Shown here: piece by piece, positions 61,201 through 64,000 of the stretch
Layout: each line of letters begins with the position of its first letter
Numbering within the stretch: the stretch's first letter is position 1
Origin: an uncultured virus (IMG/VR IMGVR_UViG_3300037245_001637)
Taxonomy: Duplodnaviria > Heunggongvirae > Uroviricota > Caudoviricetes
Virus record (IMG/VR): IMGVR_UViG_3300037245_001637
Reading direction: 5' to 3' (one strand)
Length of the DNA: 64,000 bases
Notes under the pieces: model-generated
The model's input: the letters and a program-made list of their open reading frames with translations, nothing else
What the model was told of the DNA's origin: nothing
The model's database searches: none
Position numbers and translations under genes: made by a program

Positions 61201-63528
61201 TAAGGGCATTCCAATACCTTTACACCATGAAGTACCTCCACCAGCACCATAGTAAGCGAACCCTGTTGTTCCATCTTCAAACTTTACCTTGCAATCATTA
61301 CAATCATTTGGGACTTCCTCAGTTACATTTACCCAGTTTTCTAAATCTTCCATATTATTGTTTTCCTCTCTTTATACTTTTATACTATAGGAATTGTTCT
61401 TACTTGCCAACCCTTATTTAATAATACTACCACATTTTCTACAAACACTATGTATATATGTTTTACTATTTTCTACCAATAGTTTTCTTGTTCTGTAATG
61501 TTCTGTAAATAGATTATACTTTTTCATTTTATTATACACTGGTTTGTATTTATGTTTACATGTTATTTCCTTATCCATATTTTCCTCTCTTATCTTTATA
61601 CTATAGGGGATTATTGATCTGTGTCAAGTCCTTCCTCTGATTTCATTTCAGGCCATGGAGGATGTACTTTTAATACTATTTTATTAGAGTATGTTCTCAT
61701 ATACATTATTTCTTCTGTTCCTTCCTCATAGTTTTCTTGTTTTACAGATTCAATCCACTCTTCAACAAGCCCTAATTTATATTGAGTTTGTATATAGTAG
61801 GTGTATTCTTTAAACTCATCTCGTTCTATGAATGATGTGTCTCCACTTCGATGACAACTAACTAGTAGAATAATTAATATAATTGTTAGTATTTTCTTCA
61901 TGTTAAATACCCTCCATAAATTCAGAAATCTCATCAAATGTAATTTCTCCATCATCCAACCATGTAATATCCACATCATATGTCTTCTCAGCAACTAAAG
62001 TATTTACAGGTGCTGTCCAGTGATATCCATCTGCTTCCCCGAGATATATAGCATAGTTTCCATAACAGATAACTATTCTCACCTCATCGGACTCTTCTAA
62101 AACAACAGAGTCAAATCCTTGGACAGGAATTGAGATAGCTTGTACTGGTTTAGCATTGTGGGTTAAAGCTTCTTTTATTGTTTCTCTTATTTCATCTGTT
62201 TCAAAGAATGTTTCTTTATTATTTGTTTTCATTTTATTTCTCCTTTACTCTGCTGACCCGATGGCAATAAATGTTATAAACTGCCCAAATCCAAATATAC
62301 CTAACATCATGAAAAAACTAAAACTTATATCAGGTCTCACAATGCTCCCTATAATTAGTGCTAGGTCTACTATCACTGAGGATATAAGAATACCCCAAAT
62401 CATTTTATCTGTCATCCTATTTGTTTCTCTCCTATATGCTTCTCATAATGTCTTTCAATAATAAAATTAGCTAAAGGTCTATACCACTCCCAAGATCCAT
62501 GAAGCATATCTAGTGGTTTTGACTGTCTTCTCCAACTTTTATATTGTCCTGACTCCTGAGTTTTTTTCTTAACTTGGAATAAGTAGTTATCTTTTCTCTC
62601 TATTAACTGTGTCATAGTAGGTAATTTATCGGAAAAAGGATACTCTGAAATATCTACTAATACTTCTTGATACTTACCATAAGCCCTAAAATAATCCTTC
62701 AAACAATGTCTCAACATCCGTAGATTAGTTAAATGACTTATCTCTCCAACATAATCCTCTGCTTTACCAAAATGTGTTATATACTCAATCATATGTTTAA
62801 AAGAATTAAAATCCTTTCTACCTATAGCTAATTTGGGAGTTCTCTTTAAGACTTTTCCATTATTATCTGCTTTATATTTGAACTCTATTCCTAATCTCCA
62901 TTTTAAACCTTTATAGAAAGTAAAGTTCTCATTATTCTTATATATTTCTGTGTCTGTTGAGGAAGCATGAGAATCATAAGCAGGATAATCCCCTGAATAA
63001 CCCCTATAAGGTTTTAACTCTTCTGTATCCCAATTTTTGTAATAAAAATCTCCGTATGCATCCCAGAATCCATTAGCTACTGTATTAGCCAGACATTTAT
63101 CATCTGCACATACAAAAGTCTCTCTTAAAGGTCTTCTAAGAGCGTTTGGATCGGACACATGATCTGAAAGTGTTTCGAATTCTTCATATTTGCCTTGTAC
63201 TAGTTCTGTTTGCTCACAAAATCTGCATTTCATAGCTTCTCTCCTTTTCCATTATAAAATTTATTGTCTCTTACACAAACACCTAAAATAGACAAACCTA
63301 GTGTAAACCCATTTGCAAATGTTTGCAGTTCTTTTAACTCTTTTCCTGCTTCCTGTCTCATAAAATAAGATTCCCCACTGTGCCCTACTTCCTCATCTGT
63401 CAACATCATTTGTTTAATACAACTACTCTGTTCCCATATAATTTCTTTGTATGCCTTTTTCAACTTGGCTAAATGTTTTTGTTTAATATTTATTTCTACT
63501 TTCATACTATCCCTCTCTTTATATTTAC

Positions 63529-63557
63529 ATAATATAGGAATTATCATTCATTGTCAA
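63529..63557 (-). promoter_or_regulatory. Sigma70-type promoter TTGACA-N17-TATTAT
   Basis: Boxes read directly from the sequence. Confidence 0.65.
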
Positions 63558-64000
63558 GTATTTCTATGAAAAAGTAGTAAAACTTATTGACACACCTTGT
63601 CTCCGTAGTAGCTTACAGAATTCATAATCAGACTTATGTGGATACACTCTCTTTGTTGGAACATAATCACTATTATATTCTATAGATCTATAAATCCTTT
63701 GTTTTGAATGGAAATCTATAGTGTAAGATCTTATCTCTCCATCTTCTAGTTCTGTTATGAATGTATCTCTGGCACATGTGTATCCTGATATTAAAATTCT
63801 ATCCTCTTTATTATTTAAATCATATTCTGTTAACAAATGTGTTTCTCTATCGATATTTTCTATTTCTTTTAGTTCTTCTCTGGTCATCTTTATTCTCCTA
63901 TCTAGTTGTCTTAGTAGTTTGTGTTTGTCTCCTTACATATCCATAAGTCTGTCTCTAAAACTTTTACATTGTCTTTAAGCTTACATTTTTGCTTCTGTAA

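Larger units (their letters stand above)
57426..63887 (-). other. Array of about 17 small hypothetical CDSs, including lipoprotein-like ORFs (MKNIATII..LGC near 59895; MKKILTII..VSC near 61901) and a QGFVTSEGRFV protein (60793-61122)
   Basis: Packed minus-strand ORFs with RBS; lipobox-like Cys after hydrophobic helices. Confidence 0.65.

Noticed and set aside
3068..63978. All plus-strand ORFs in the track
   Set aside because: They are antisense shadows of purine-rich minus-strand genes (Ser/Leu/Phe/Ile-rich, no evident RBS or domain motifs)
1..64000. Stop-codon reassignment
   Set aside because: TAA, TAG and TGA all end genes at tight junctions, and the conserved enzymes are full length in code 11

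Overview
AT-rich 64-kb slice of a large tailed-phage genome. Essentially all real genes are on the minus strand and densely packed. All three stop codons end genes, so the standard code is used. No virion, integrase or CRISPR genes are visible. Recognisable genes: DnaG-type primase, DHH/DHHA1 phosphoesterase, a radical SAM enzyme followed by three SNSSSSSF-motif proteins, CCA-adding enzyme, RlaP-like nucleotidyltransferase, HicB-like protein, ThyX, SLT transglycosylase, (p)ppGpp-hydrolase-type HD proteins and a spirochaete-like CarD. Also present are an anaerobic ribonucleotide reductase whose glycyl-radical tail is a separate 38-aa gene, two RNA ligases, a complete PncA-PncB-NadM/Nudix-NadE NAD+ salvage set, an antirepressor, tRNA-Met(CAT), a Bd0055-like bacterial histone and five free-standing homing-type endonucleases. 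The most striking unannotated signal is a family of four ~150-nt structured leader RNAs, each directly upstream of an endonuclease gene and each behind the same unusual extended -10 promoter. They share a long stem with a U tract, an inner hairpin and two covarying long-range pairings whose sequences differ in every copy. All family assignments come from motif recognition; no database search was run.
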